A DNA stretch of 64,000 nt from NCBI GenBank assembly GCA_964460065.1, contig CAYWPF010000081.1:837-64836 (forward strand), read 5' to 3'. Shown here piece after piece: positions 31,901 to 40,690 of this stretch; the stretch's first letter is position 1; every line of letters starts with the position of its first letter. A program made the position numbers and the translations under genes. The stretch is from an uncultured Enterobacteriaceae bacterium (GTDB lineage: Bacteria > Desulfobacterota > Binatia > Bin18). The notes under the pieces are model-generated. The model saw only the letters and a program-made list of their open reading frames with translations, was not told the DNA's origin and made no database searches.

Positions 31901-34627
31901 GTCACCCCCTTCGGGCCCCAGGTCTATGATGTAATCTGCTGATTTAATGACTTCCAGGTTGTGTTCGATAATCAGTACTGAATGGCCACGCTCGATCAAT
32001 TGGGAGAACGCGCCTAACAACCTTTCTATATCCGAGAAGTGGAGGCCAGTAGTCGGTTCGTCAAAGATAAACAGGACCGTTCGGTCATCAAAAATATCCG
32101 GATCCTTAGCGCGTTCCCTGCCGATGTGAGTCGCCAGTTTTAAGCGTTGGGCTTCTCCGCCAGACAAAGTCGTCAAGGACTGTCCAAGACGCATGTACTC
32201 GAGCCCCACCGCAGCCAAGGGAGCTAAACGCCGCTTCAAGTCCCTTTGATTTGCAAAGAATCTTATCCCCTCTGTAACACTTAGATTAAGCACGTCAGTG
32301 AGATTCTTACCGTTATAACGTACTTCGAGCACCTCTTCTCTGTAACGCCTTCCCTGGCATTCGGCACACGGGACATACACATCCGAAAGAAACTGCATCT
32401 CCACTTTCTCGCTGCCCTCTCCTCTGCATGATTCACAGCGCCCTCCCTCAACGTTGAATGAGAAGGTACTCGGCGTGTAGCCGCGGACCCTTGCAAGATC
32501 CGTCCTAGAAAACAATTTTCTCACGGTATCAAAGGCTTTTGTGTACGTAAGCAAGTTAGCCCGGGGCGTCGTTCCGATGGCTGACTGATCTACGAAAATA
32601 ATATCGCTTATCAGTTCGCCCCCAACAATCTCCACGCAGGAACCCGGTACGCCCACCGGTTCACCCCGCTGCTTCTTCAGGCCACGATAGAGTACGTCTT
32701 CAATAAGCGTGGATTTGCCTGACCCCGATACCCCAGTCATACACACCATGCAGCCGAGCGGAATTTTCACGTCAATCTCGCGCAAATTATGAGCCGTTGC
32801 CCCCTTAATGAACAGACTGTGGCTACCATCAATAGCGCGACGCACCCGCGGTATAGGAATGCATCGCCGCCCAGATAAATACTGCCCAGTCAACGAACCT
32901 TCATCCTTCAATAAAGAAGAATACGGACCGGCGAAAACCAGTTCCCCCCCCTTCTCGCCGGCGGCAGGGCCAAGGTCTATTACATTATCAGTCTCACAGA
33001 TGATTTCCGGAGCGTGCTCGACTACTACTACTGTATTTCCATTATCGCGCAATTCTTTTAATATTCGCACCAGCCGCTGGCTATCCCGCTGATGCAATCC
33101 TATAGATGGCTCATCAAGTACATACAGCGTGTTGACAAGTGCCGAACCGATGGCTGTGGTTAGATCAACTCGCTCAAGCTCGCCGCCTGAAAGCGTCCTC
33201 GACTGCCGGTCCAACGTCAAGTACTCAACCCCAACGTCCACCAAATACCGGAGTCGCTTCTGTATCTCCTCAAGAACTAGCTCGCCAATTTGTTTCTCGT
33301 TCGTTGTGAGCGTCAACGTTTCAAAAAATCTGTAACATGTGCCAACGCTCATAGCGTTTACATCTGCTAAATTTTTTCCACCCAATCGGTACAATAGGCT
33401 TTCCGGCTTCAGGCGGGCACCGCCACAGTCTTCACATGCGAAATACCCCCTGTATCGGGCCAAGAAGACCCGAACATGCATCTTATAAGTCTTCGATTCG
33501 AGCCATTTGAACCATCCCCGCACGCCGTAGTACTCACCATCGCCGTCTATTACTTTGGTACGCTGGTTTTCTGCCAGGTCCTGCCAAGGGACGTCGGTAG
33601 GAATGCCAACACTGTCGCAAAAGTCCCACAGTTCACGTCTCTCGCGCTTAGCCGCCTTGATCTTCCAGGGCTTGATAGCCCCATCTTGCAACGACAACGA
33701 AGGGTCAGGCGTTATGAGTTCTACATCTATGTCTATGGTTCTCCCAAAACCGCGACAAGTATCGCATGCTCCTAAAGGACTATTGAACGAAAACATATTG
33801 GGGACTGGGTCCCTATATTCTATACCACACTGCGCACATTCGAGCTTATTCGAAAACGGAACCTGCAGACCGTTTTGGTCCGGAAAAACGATGAGGAGGT
33901 GACCTTTCCCATACGAAAAGGCCTGTTCCAGAGAGTCATGAATGCGGCTTTTTGAACGCGGCCGAAGTAGCAGGCGGTCTACCAAGACAGTGCAGGTATC
34001 GTCTTCTGTTTCGGGTCTTTGCTTAAGCCCCTGTATGTCCGAAACCTTGCCATCAATTATAAGTCGTAAAAAACCCGACTGCATAAGCCCCCGATGTATT
34101 TCGGCCCACGGTAAATTCGGAGGCAGGGGCACGGAAAAGGCGACAAATAATTTTTCTCCATCTGACCCAGTCGCCAAAAGCTTTTCATAGACAGATTCTG
34201 CGGAATCCCGTGTCACTGTTTGTTGGCACACCTGGCAATGCAATTTGGCTATTTTTGCGTATGCGAGTTTGAAATGATCCTGTAGCTCCGTCATGGTTCC
34301 GACGGTCGAACGCGACGTTCTCACCGGCCGATTCTGGTCTATAGCGATGGCTGGTAAAATCCCCTCGATTCGTTCTGCCTGAGGTTTGTCCATACGGTCA
34401 AGAAATTGCCTGGCATAAGCCGAAAAACTTTCAACGTAACGTGTCTGCCCTTCCGCATAGAGAATGTCAAAGGCTAAACTGGACTTGCCGGAACCACTTA
34501 CGCCCGTAATGACCGTAAGCTCGTTAAAGGGAATTGTGACGTTAATATTCTTCAGATTGTTCTGTGTCGCGCCGCTAACACGAATGGAATTGCGGTCGCT
34601 GCAATCGTTTTTCAATGCTCCCCCCAT
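28979..34627 (-). CDS. uvrA: Double-length excinuclease ABC subunit A (two fused UvrA modules)
   Basis: 1882 aa; four Walker A motifs (GxSGSGKS), four LSGGE signatures, four DEP Walker B motifs, repeated zinc fingers, two YAEGQ.RY..S.SAYARQFL motifs. Confidence 0.93.
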   Translation of the reverse strand: MGGALKNDCSDRNSIRVSGATQNNLKNINVTIPFNELTVITGVSGSGKSSLAFDILYAEGQTRYVESFSAYARQFLDRMDKPQAERIEGILPAIAIDQNRPVRTSRSTVGTMTELQDHFKLAYAKIAKLHCQVCQQTVTRDSAESVYEKLLATGSDGEKLFVAFSVPLPPNLPWAEIHRGLMQSGFLRLIIDGKVSDIQGLKQRPETEDDTCTVLVDRLLLRPRSKSRIHDSLEQAFSYGKGHLLIVFPDQNGLQVPFSNKLECAQCGIEYRDPVPNMFSFNSPLGACDTCRGFGRTIDIDVELITPDPSLSLQDGAIKPWKIKAAKRERRELWDFCDSVGIPTDVPWQDLAENQRTKVIDGDGEYYGVRGWFKWLESKTYKMHVRVFLARYRGYFACEDCGGARLKPESLLYRLGGKNLADVNAMSVGTCYRFFETLTLTTNEKQIGELVLEEIQKRLRYLVDVGVEYLTLDRQSRTLSGGELERVDLTTAIGSALVNTLYVLDEPSIGLHQRDSQRLVRILKELRDNGNTVVVVEHAPEIICETDNVIDLGPAAGEKGGELVFAGPYSSLLKDEGSLTGQYLSGRRCIPIPRVRRAIDGSHSLFIKGATAHNLREIDVKIPLGCMVCMTGVSGSGKSTLIEDVLYRGLKKQRGEPVGVPGSCVEIVGGELISDIIFVDQSAIGTTPRANLLTYTKAFDTVRKLFSRTDLARVRGYTPSTFSFNVEGGRCESCRGEGSEKVEMQFLSDVYVPCAECQGRRYREEVLEVRYNGKNLTDVLNLSVTEGIRFFANQRDLKRRLAPLAAVGLEYMRLGQSLTTLSGGEAQRLKLATHIGRERAKDPDIFDDRTVLFIFDEPTTGLHFSDIERLLGAFSQLIERGHSVLIIEHNLEVIKSADYIIDLGPEGGDGGGAIVAQGTPEEVSKIKASHTGRYLIQVLDTAGESHLKPAGDGESSRVLVPEKGETISVVGAKEHNLKNVNVEIPRNQIVAVTGLSGSGKSTLVFDLVYAEGQRRYIDSLSAYARQFLKVLARPNVDLLTGIPPTVAIEQRMSRGGRNSTVATVTEISHYLRLLYAKIGVQHCTRCQEPLVSQSRSQILTRINREFRNQQTAFYAPVVRGRKGLHKDTLDAARRLGYKQARVDGEPKFLEPGMSLQRYKEHDIDILVGTTSVSDDVGATEALMQAALTVGNGAVHLVGDQERTFSEHLFCEKCGLGFEELDPRLFSFNSRQGACAECMGTGTLWEFQVDLIVPDPKKSLLEDALLPLGKKDFREEKNALLRKLKKVGVPLDRPFGELTEEQRFRVVYGEKEKHWGVLAVLHGLLGFGDGPGKEDSLTRFMGESACPGCDGTRLNPRARAVRLSGQSFPELMSEAAADCLNRVADLDLSTRDRIIGDPILREIIPRLEFLQRVGLSYLSLDRRADTLSGGEAQRIRLAAQLGSNLCGVCYILDEPTIGLHPRDNARLIETLRNLQQRGNSVLVVEHDEQTIDNADVVIDLGPGAGSEGGEIVAVGTPEEIRMNAESLTGRFLSAAHSRLGPVRGIKNRTKLCVRGVRANNLKNIDAEFPLGTWVCVSGVSGSGKSTLVQEVLVNALRRQLGLHVRTVGLHSLIENATAVERVIEVDQSPIGKTPRSIPASYVGFWDEVRKLFSLLPEARLRGYKPGRFSFNVKGGRCETCTGQGRIKMEMSFLPDVYVTCDLCGGARYNNETRDIAYNGKNIAEVLELTIAEATVFFGDVGRIAGPLRLLNDIGMGYIRLGQASNTLSGGEAQRIKLASELSRSSRRKTLYVLDEPTTGLHFADIEKLIYALHSLVDAGNTVVTIEHNLDILKEADYIIDLGPEGGAGGGSVVARGTPKQLMRKWRKSHTARYLRDHMAGGAS

Positions 34628-34990
34628 CGTTGCTGAGCGCTCCTTACCGACACCTAGAGCAACCCGTTATCAAATGAACACTCGACAGCCTTTTTTACTA
34701 ATCTCAAAGGCCTGCGTCTAGCCTTAGAAGCCGAAGGTTCGTTCGTCACATGCTTGCGGGGAATCAAATAACCCTCCTTTCGTCGCATCGGGTTAGCCCA
34801 CAGGTTCCTGTCGAGTGATGCTCGCAGCCTAACTCTACGGACTTCCAACTTCTCTCAGTGTCCTAAACCCGAACGGTCAGCTAATTTTGAGAGAATGCGG
34901 GTTGGTGAGAGCTGGAAGAATCCGATATACTTGGCGCCGATCTGTGAACAACGGAGCCTTTTTTGCCGTTCCACCCGGTGGGAGTTATCT

Positions 34991-36655
34991 ATGGAAAGAA
35001 TTCAAATTGTGGGCGTTGTTGCGCTTGCCTGCCTGTTTAGTTTCGTCACCTTCACTTCAGCCGGGCCGAGCGAAAATACGTCTGTGTCCTCTCAAGTGCC
35101 TGTCGCGCTTTTTAACGATCTGGGTACGCATCATCATCCCATTACTACATCTTCAGAAACTGTACAGCGTTATTTCAATCAGGGCCTCAGACTCGTCTAC
35201 GGATTCAACCACAATGAAGCGATACGAGCGTTTCAAGAGGTGGTCCGTTTGGATCCCAATTGCGCGATGGGGTACTGGGGAATTGCTCTAGCCCTTGGGC
35301 CGAACATCAATAATCCGATTTCGATGGAAAGGGAAAAAGAGGCATCCGCCGCAATCGAAAAAGCGATTTCTTTAGTACGGTACGCCGGTGAGCGAGAAAA
35401 AGGCTACATCATGGCGCTATCGAAACGCTACTCATCTAGTCTGGAAAGTAGGGACCGCCGGACTCTGGACGAAGCTTACGCTGAAGCAATGAAAGAACTA
35501 CATCTAAATTACCCAAATGACCTCGACGCCAGCACCATGTACGCAGCAGCACTAATGAATTTGCGCCCCTGGGACTATTGGACGCGTGAGGGCCACCCCC
35601 AAAAAGGGACCCTAGAGATACTAGGTGCGCTGGAAAGTGTCCTCAGAACCGACAGTAAGCACATCGGAGCGATCCACTACTACATCCATGCCGTAGAGGC
35701 CTCCTCTCGTCCCGAGAGGGCCCTGCCCTACGCCCGGCATCTCGCCGCACAGATCCCGGGTTCTGGCCACTTGGTGCATATGCCCTCGCATATATACAAC
35801 CGCGTTGGAATGTACGGCGAGGCAGGCGAAGCAAACGCAAGAGCCGTAGAGATTGACGAAGCGTATATTGAAAAAGAGCAGCCCAAGGGGATTTACCCCA
35901 CGATGTACTATCCACATAACATCGATTTTCTGTGGTCCGCCCGCCAGATGTCGGGTCGTAGTGTCGACGCCCTTTCTGCTGCACAGAAACTCGCCTCGCG
36001 CACGACCGTCGAGGTTGCCAGGCTAGTGCCCCCCTTAGAAGGTTGGACTGCGATGCCCCTCTGCGCAATGGTCCGCTTTGGCAAATGGCGTGACATTTTG
36101 GACCAGCCCAAGCCGCCGGATGACCTCCGGTACATGACCGCTATCTGGCATTACGCACGGGCGCTGGCCTTCATTGCACAAAATAAAATCCAAGATGCCA
36201 AAGAAGAACAAACGCGACTTGAATCGGTCGCAGCCAATGTCCTTGAGGATCGTCTTATGATGGGACGTAACCTTGCAACAAAATTGCTTCATATCGCAAA
36301 GAATCTCGTCGCTGGCGAGTTGGCTGCTAAACAAGGCGAGATGGACCGCGCAATAACGTACTTACGGGATGCTGTGTCCTCCCAGGACAGCCTAGCCTAC
36401 AACGAACCCCCAGCCTGGTATTACCCCGCGAGGCATAACCTTGGTGCAGTTCTGATCGCCGCGGGCAAGACCAATGAGGCCGAGGCCGTCTACCGCGAAG
36501 ACTTGGAGAAAAATCCCAAAAATGGATGGTCTCTCTTCGGCTTGTGGCAAAGCTTGCTCGCCCAAGGAAAAGAGAGCGAAGCGAAAAGGGTCGAAGCAGA
36601 ATACAAGGTCTCGTGGGACAAGGCGGATATACACCTCACGGCGTCTCGATTCTAA
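34991..36655 (+). CDS. Secreted TPR-repeat protein with conserved His-rich motifs
   Basis: Signal peptide after ATG 34991 (RBS GGAG); FNQGL...YGFNH.EA.R.F, HIGAIHYYIH, GHLVHMPSHIY, YPHN, Y.EPP.W. Confidence 0.75.
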   Translation: MERIQIVGVVALACLFSFVTFTSAGPSENTSVSSQVPVALFNDLGTHHHPITTSSETVQRYFNQGLRLVYGFNHNEAIRAFQEVVRLDPNCAMGYWGIALALGPNINNPISMEREKEASAAIEKAISLVRYAGEREKGYIMALSKRYSSSLESRDRRTLDEAYAEAMKELHLNYPNDLDASTMYAAALMNLRPWDYWTREGHPQKGTLEILGALESVLRTDSKHIGAIHYYIHAVEASSRPERALPYARHLAAQIPGSGHLVHMPSHIYNRVGMYGEAGEANARAVEIDEAYIEKEQPKGIYPTMYYPHNIDFLWSARQMSGRSVDALSAAQKLASRTTVEVARLVPPLEGWTAMPLCAMVRFGKWRDILDQPKPPDDLRYMTAIWHYARALAFIAQNKIQDAKEEQTRLESVAANVLEDRLMMGRNLATKLLHIAKNLVAGELAAKQGEMDRAITYLRDAVSSQDSLAYNEPPAWYYPARHNLGAVLIAAGKTNEAEAVYREDLEKNPKNGWSLFGLWQSLLAQGKESEAKRVEAEYKVSWDKADIHLTASRF

Positions 36656-36740
36656 CTAAAGAGTAAGTAATACCTGCAAGCTTCTAGCTCGCCTGAGCCT
36701 GGCCAAAAAGAGTCATAACATTCGCGGAGAGGAGAGGAAA

Positions 36741-37319
36741 ATGACAAAGATACTCGGAATTTCAGGAAGCTTGACCGCAGGAGGAAGCACACGGAACCTC
36801 GTTGATCTGGCGCTCCATGCCGCCTCTAGCGGAGATCGACACGTCACTACGGACGTCATTGATCTTCGGGAAATAAATATTTCTTTTTGTGACGGACGGC
36901 CTGTTGAAGAATACCAAGATGACACCGCAAATGTAATCAACCGCATTCAGGCAGCTGACGCGTACGTAATAGGCACCCCTATATACCGGGGAACTTATAC
37001 AGGAGCGTTAAAAAACCTAATCGACCACGTCCCGGTCGAGGCTTTTTGCGGAAAAACTGTGGGCTTAATTGGCAATGCGTACACAGATCATCACTATTTA
37101 AGTATCGATCAGGAGCTAAAGACAGTCCTAGACTGGTTCAACATGCATATAGTACCCGGAAGCGTTTACGTGAGTGCAGATCAAATGAAAGGGGGCAAGA
37201 TCGTAGACAAATTTGCGGCGGACCACCTCCAAAGCCTCGGCAAGGCCGTCACCGCTATGTCGGCATTTCTAAAGCCTGAACACCAGGGACCACCGCCTTT
37301 GGTTCTTTGGCCGAGATAA
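36741..37319 (+). CDS. NAD(P)H-dependent FMN reductase (SsuE/MsuE-like)
   Basis: ISGS....GST, AD..VIGTPIYRG.YTGALKN.ID. Confidence 0.88.
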   Translation: MTKILGISGSLTAGGSTRNLVDLALHAASSGDRHVTTDVIDLREINISFCDGRPVEEYQDDTANVINRIQAADAYVIGTPIYRGTYTGALKNLIDHVPVEAFCGKTVGLIGNAYTDHHYLSIDQELKTVLDWFNMHIVPGSVYVSADQMKGGKIVDKFAADHLQSLGKAVTAMSAFLKPEHQGPPPLVLWPR

Positions 37320-37649
37320 GATTAGCACCATCGCGAAAAAATTTTTCATAGATGACCGGATCGTCTGCCGTACTGCACATCAATCACGAAACGTCTTAGC
37401 TGAGAGATTCTTACAAGTGAGAGACTGCTATTTCGTCACAGAATTCGCGAAGCCCACAATGCGGCCCAGCAACATTTTAATGGGAGATGATAATCGGCTG
37501 CCGATGGAACACCGACGTCGGTGCCGAACTCGTGAGTACAGAAATCCTGCTGCAAAACAACCAACAACCGAATGTAATTACCCTAACCCATACACCACGA
37601 TATACTGCCTGGATCTCAGAAACTACCAACCCAACCGGAAGAAAGATAA

Positions 37650-38096
37650 ATGAATCAAAACATGCATCCACCATTTCACCTTGCCGTCCCAGTGTCTGAT
37701 CTAGCAGCGACCCGTCAATTCTATACCAAGATTCTCGGATGCAGCATAGGACGCGAAAGTACCACCTGGATCGATTTCGATTTCTTCGGTCATCAGGTAA
37801 CCACTCACCTTGCTTCGGAAGAATCGGCAGTGACTGTCACCAACCTGGTGGACGATATCGAGGTGCCAGTCAGACATTTCGGCGTTATTTTGGACTGGGA
37901 CGCTTGGAACGTTCTAGCCGAAGAGCTAAGTGGGAAAAACATCCCATTTTTGATTAAGCCCCACGTAAGGTTCCAAGGAAAAGTTGGTGAACAGGCAACG
38001 TTGTTCCTTCTAGATCCCAGCTTGAATGGCCTAGAGTTCAAAGCATTTAAGAAACCTCGAGACATCTTTGCTCGCCCGGCGGACACACAGCAATAG
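37650..38096 (+). CDS. VOC/glyoxalase-superfamily protein (predicted dioxygenase type)
   Basis: FHLA.PV.DL, WIDFDFFGHQ, VPV.HFG, GEQAT.F..DPS.N.LEFK. Confidence 0.85.
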   Translation: MNQNMHPPFHLAVPVSDLAATRQFYTKILGCSIGRESTTWIDFDFFGHQVTTHLASEESAVTVTNLVDDIEVPVRHFGVILDWDAWNVLAEELSGKNIPFLIKPHVRFQGKVGEQATLFLLDPSLNGLEFKAFKKPRDIFARPADTQQ

Positions 38097-38119
38097 ACTG
38101 AAGAAACTAGGAGGACAAC

Positions 38120-39172
38120 ATGAAAGCACTCGCATTCTTGGAAATAGACAAAGTAGGTGTAATAGACAAACCCATCCCGGAAATCGGCCCAAACGACGCA
38201 GTAATCAAAACAACGGCCTCACTCATCTGTACGTCCGATATACATACTGTCCGGGGCGTTATACCGATTCCCCAAGGCCGGGTATTGGGGCACGAGAGCG
38301 TCGGCCTCATTTATCGCGTGGGAGCCAATGTAACGAGCTGCGACGAAGGCGACCGCGTCGTCGTCAATGCGATAACACCATGTGGAAAGTGCGACCCTTG
38401 CCAAAGAGGTATAACTTCGCAGTGCGGCGGAATGTTGGGCGGATACAAATACACTACGCAGCGAGACGGAAATATGGCGGAATACTTCTTCGTCAACGAC
38501 GCTGATTACAATGTGGTAAAGATCCCGGACGATCTTTCAGACGAGCAAGCATTGTACACCACTGACATGATGTCCACCGGTTTAGTGGGGGCAGAGAACG
38601 CCGAAATCCCCCCGGGAGGAACGGTGGCAGTATTTGCACAGGGTCCAGTAGGCCTATGTGCAACTGCTAGTGCCCGCTTACTAGGAGCGGGTCTTGTCAT
38701 CGCGATAGATTCAAAACCAGATAGGAAGGCCCTTGCACGGACAATGGGTGCCGACGTGGTAATCGACCCGAGCGAGGGTGATGTTATAGAGCGGATTCTA
38801 GCCCTAACCGAAGGACATGGCGTTGATTCCGCCATCGAGGCACTCGGTTCACCGAAAACGTTTGAGAACTGCGTAAAAGCAACCAAACCAGGCGGAGTGA
38901 TTTCAAACATCGGCTATCACGGAGAAGCAGGCGATGCTCTTAGCATACCATTGCCGGAGTTTGGTCTGGGTATGGGCGATAAGAAGATTCATAGTGCACT
39001 TTGTCCGGGAGGTCGCGAGCAAGTCACACGGCTACTCCGACTAATTCAGAATGGTCGTATAGACCCCACACCCTTAACTTCTCACCGATTTGCTTTTTCA
39101 GACGTTGAAACGGCATTTGGCCTGATGACAACAAAAGCAGATAACATTGTGAAACCTATGATTACTTTTTAG
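38120..39172 (+). CDS. Zinc-dependent NAD(P) alcohol dehydrogenase (MDR family)
   Basis: C.SD.H, GHE..G, CG.C..C-X7-C structural zinc site, TDMMSTG, QGPVG. Confidence 0.9.
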   Translation: MKALAFLEIDKVGVIDKPIPEIGPNDAVIKTTASLICTSDIHTVRGVIPIPQGRVLGHESVGLIYRVGANVTSCDEGDRVVVNAITPCGKCDPCQRGITSQCGGMLGGYKYTTQRDGNMAEYFFVNDADYNVVKIPDDLSDEQALYTTDMMSTGLVGAENAEIPPGGTVAVFAQGPVGLCATASARLLGAGLVIAIDSKPDRKALARTMGADVVIDPSEGDVIERILALTEGHGVDSAIEALGSPKTFENCVKATKPGGVISNIGYHGEAGDALSIPLPEFGLGMGDKKIHSALCPGGREQVTRLLRLIQNGRIDPTPLTSHRFAFSDVETAFGLMTTKADNIVKPMITF

Positions 39173-39411
39173 TTTTTTTAGTAAGATAGCTCCTGGCGAT
39201 CAGCGACGGAAGCGGCGGTTCCTAATGTCCCGTACGTCATGTTGAATCGGGGGTAAGACGGATTTAGAATTACACCACATGATAAGGCAGTGTAGTTCCG
39301 TGAGAGGCAAAAATACCAAGGAACAGACGTTTGTAATCGTCAATCTTCTACAGATTGTTTTTTTATCCTCGTCAATAGAACCGGCGGGCGTCATGAGAAA
39401 CACGGACAGCT

Positions 39412-39972
39412 ATGACAACTAGTTCGCTGGCCAAGTATGCTATAGGCGGTCTCCTCGCCCTGGGCGCCCCCGTCTACGCAGAAGACACTTTCGAGCGGGG
39501 ACTTCAACTTTTCAAAAATGGTAAGACCAAGGAGGCGCGCGCTTCATTGAATGCAGCGCACACGCGCTCCCCCGAAGACAAACAGATATCGTATTACCTC
39601 GGAAGGATCGCGTTCAAAGAGAGAAGATTCGCAGACGCAATCCTCTGGTTGAGGAAGTCGCTCGACCAAACACATTGCGAGGCGGAACATTCCCTATGGC
39701 TTGGTCGAGCGTATGGACATCGCGCCCTCGAAGCAGCTTTTTTCCTACAGCCCTTTCTTGCAAAAAAAGTTCTTGAACACTTCCGAATTGCTGTAGCCTG
39801 TGACCCTGAGCACCTGTCTGCCCGATGGGATCTTATGGAATACTACGTAAAAGCTCCCAAGTTTCTCGGTGGCGACGTTTCGCTCGCGAGGGAACAAGCA
39901 AGACAGATACTGCGGCTCAACCCCGCAGAGGGTGAGAGAGCGTTTCGCTGGATTACTGACAACGGCCGTTGA
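39412..39972 (+). CDS. Secreted TPR-repeat protein
   Basis: Signal peptide ending VYA; TPR-like helices (YYLGRIA, LWLGRAYG); YY.KAP.FLGG. Confidence 0.7.
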   Translation: MTTSSLAKYAIGGLLALGAPVYAEDTFERGLQLFKNGKTKEARASLNAAHTRSPEDKQISYYLGRIAFKERRFADAILWLRKSLDQTHCEAEHSLWLGRAYGHRALEAAFFLQPFLAKKVLEHFRIAVACDPEHLSARWDLMEYYVKAPKFLGGDVSLAREQARQILRLNPAEGERAFRWITDNGR

Positions 39973-40270
39973 TACAAGACCAAAGTTCGGCTTCGGGGAC
40001 AGACCAGAATCAACCTGCACCGTTAGCCGTCCTTCGCTGCACCGTCACGACGGCGTAGTTTCTGGTTTCTTATAGACACGGATAGGTATAATACGCTGAC
40101 ATGTTGGACAGGGGACATCTTTAATCACGGGGAATGTCGTATAAGTAGCACCAATAAGCTTCAGTTGAGTCTGAAACTCCCTTTCGCAGCATGGTTCGCG
40201 CGCCTCAGCCATCCGAGTCCATTACCCAACCGACTTTTGGAAGTCAAGATGGCAATCAGGATAGGGCTTC

Positions 40271-40633
40271 TCAATTCGGTTCCTTTTTTACGGTAGCTCC
40301 TGAATTCTTTCGCATCACACGAGTCACCCGTTCCGCCTCGCTTTTGTCGCCGACATCGAGAGCCTGTTGGAACCTCGCAGATAACATTCGCATTTATACC
40401 GCTTCCTGAGGATCGAGACTGTCCGCTAACTGGGATAATTTATCCATCGCAGCCCCAATTTGCCTCTTCGCCTGCAGAATATCTCCCTGGGAACGGGCCA
40501 AAAGCGCTGCCTGAAGCGATGACTGGACAACTTCCAGACCCATCTTGGATTCGGGACCCAAAACGACCGCAAGTTCCGGCAATCTGGTCAACAACGCATT
40601 TAACGACTCTGGATACCCGTTGATATGTGTCAT
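40271..40633 (-). pseudogene. Helical hypothetical protein interrupted by an in-frame TAA (or an assembly error)
   Basis: 79 aa ORF ends DPQEAV-TAA (40394-40396); the same frame continues MRMLSARFQQALDVGDKSEAERVTRVMRKNSGATVKKEPN to TGA at 40271. Confidence 0.6.
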
Positions 40634-40690
40634 ATAGTAAGCACCGTGTTAAACTTTTGAAGGTAAGTCAAGAGACAGTCCGACCTCAGA

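Noticed and set aside
40394-40396. Recoded stop (Sec/Pyl or alternative genetic code)
   Set aside because: The codon is TAA, and TAA, TAG and TGA all end conserved genes normally in this window.
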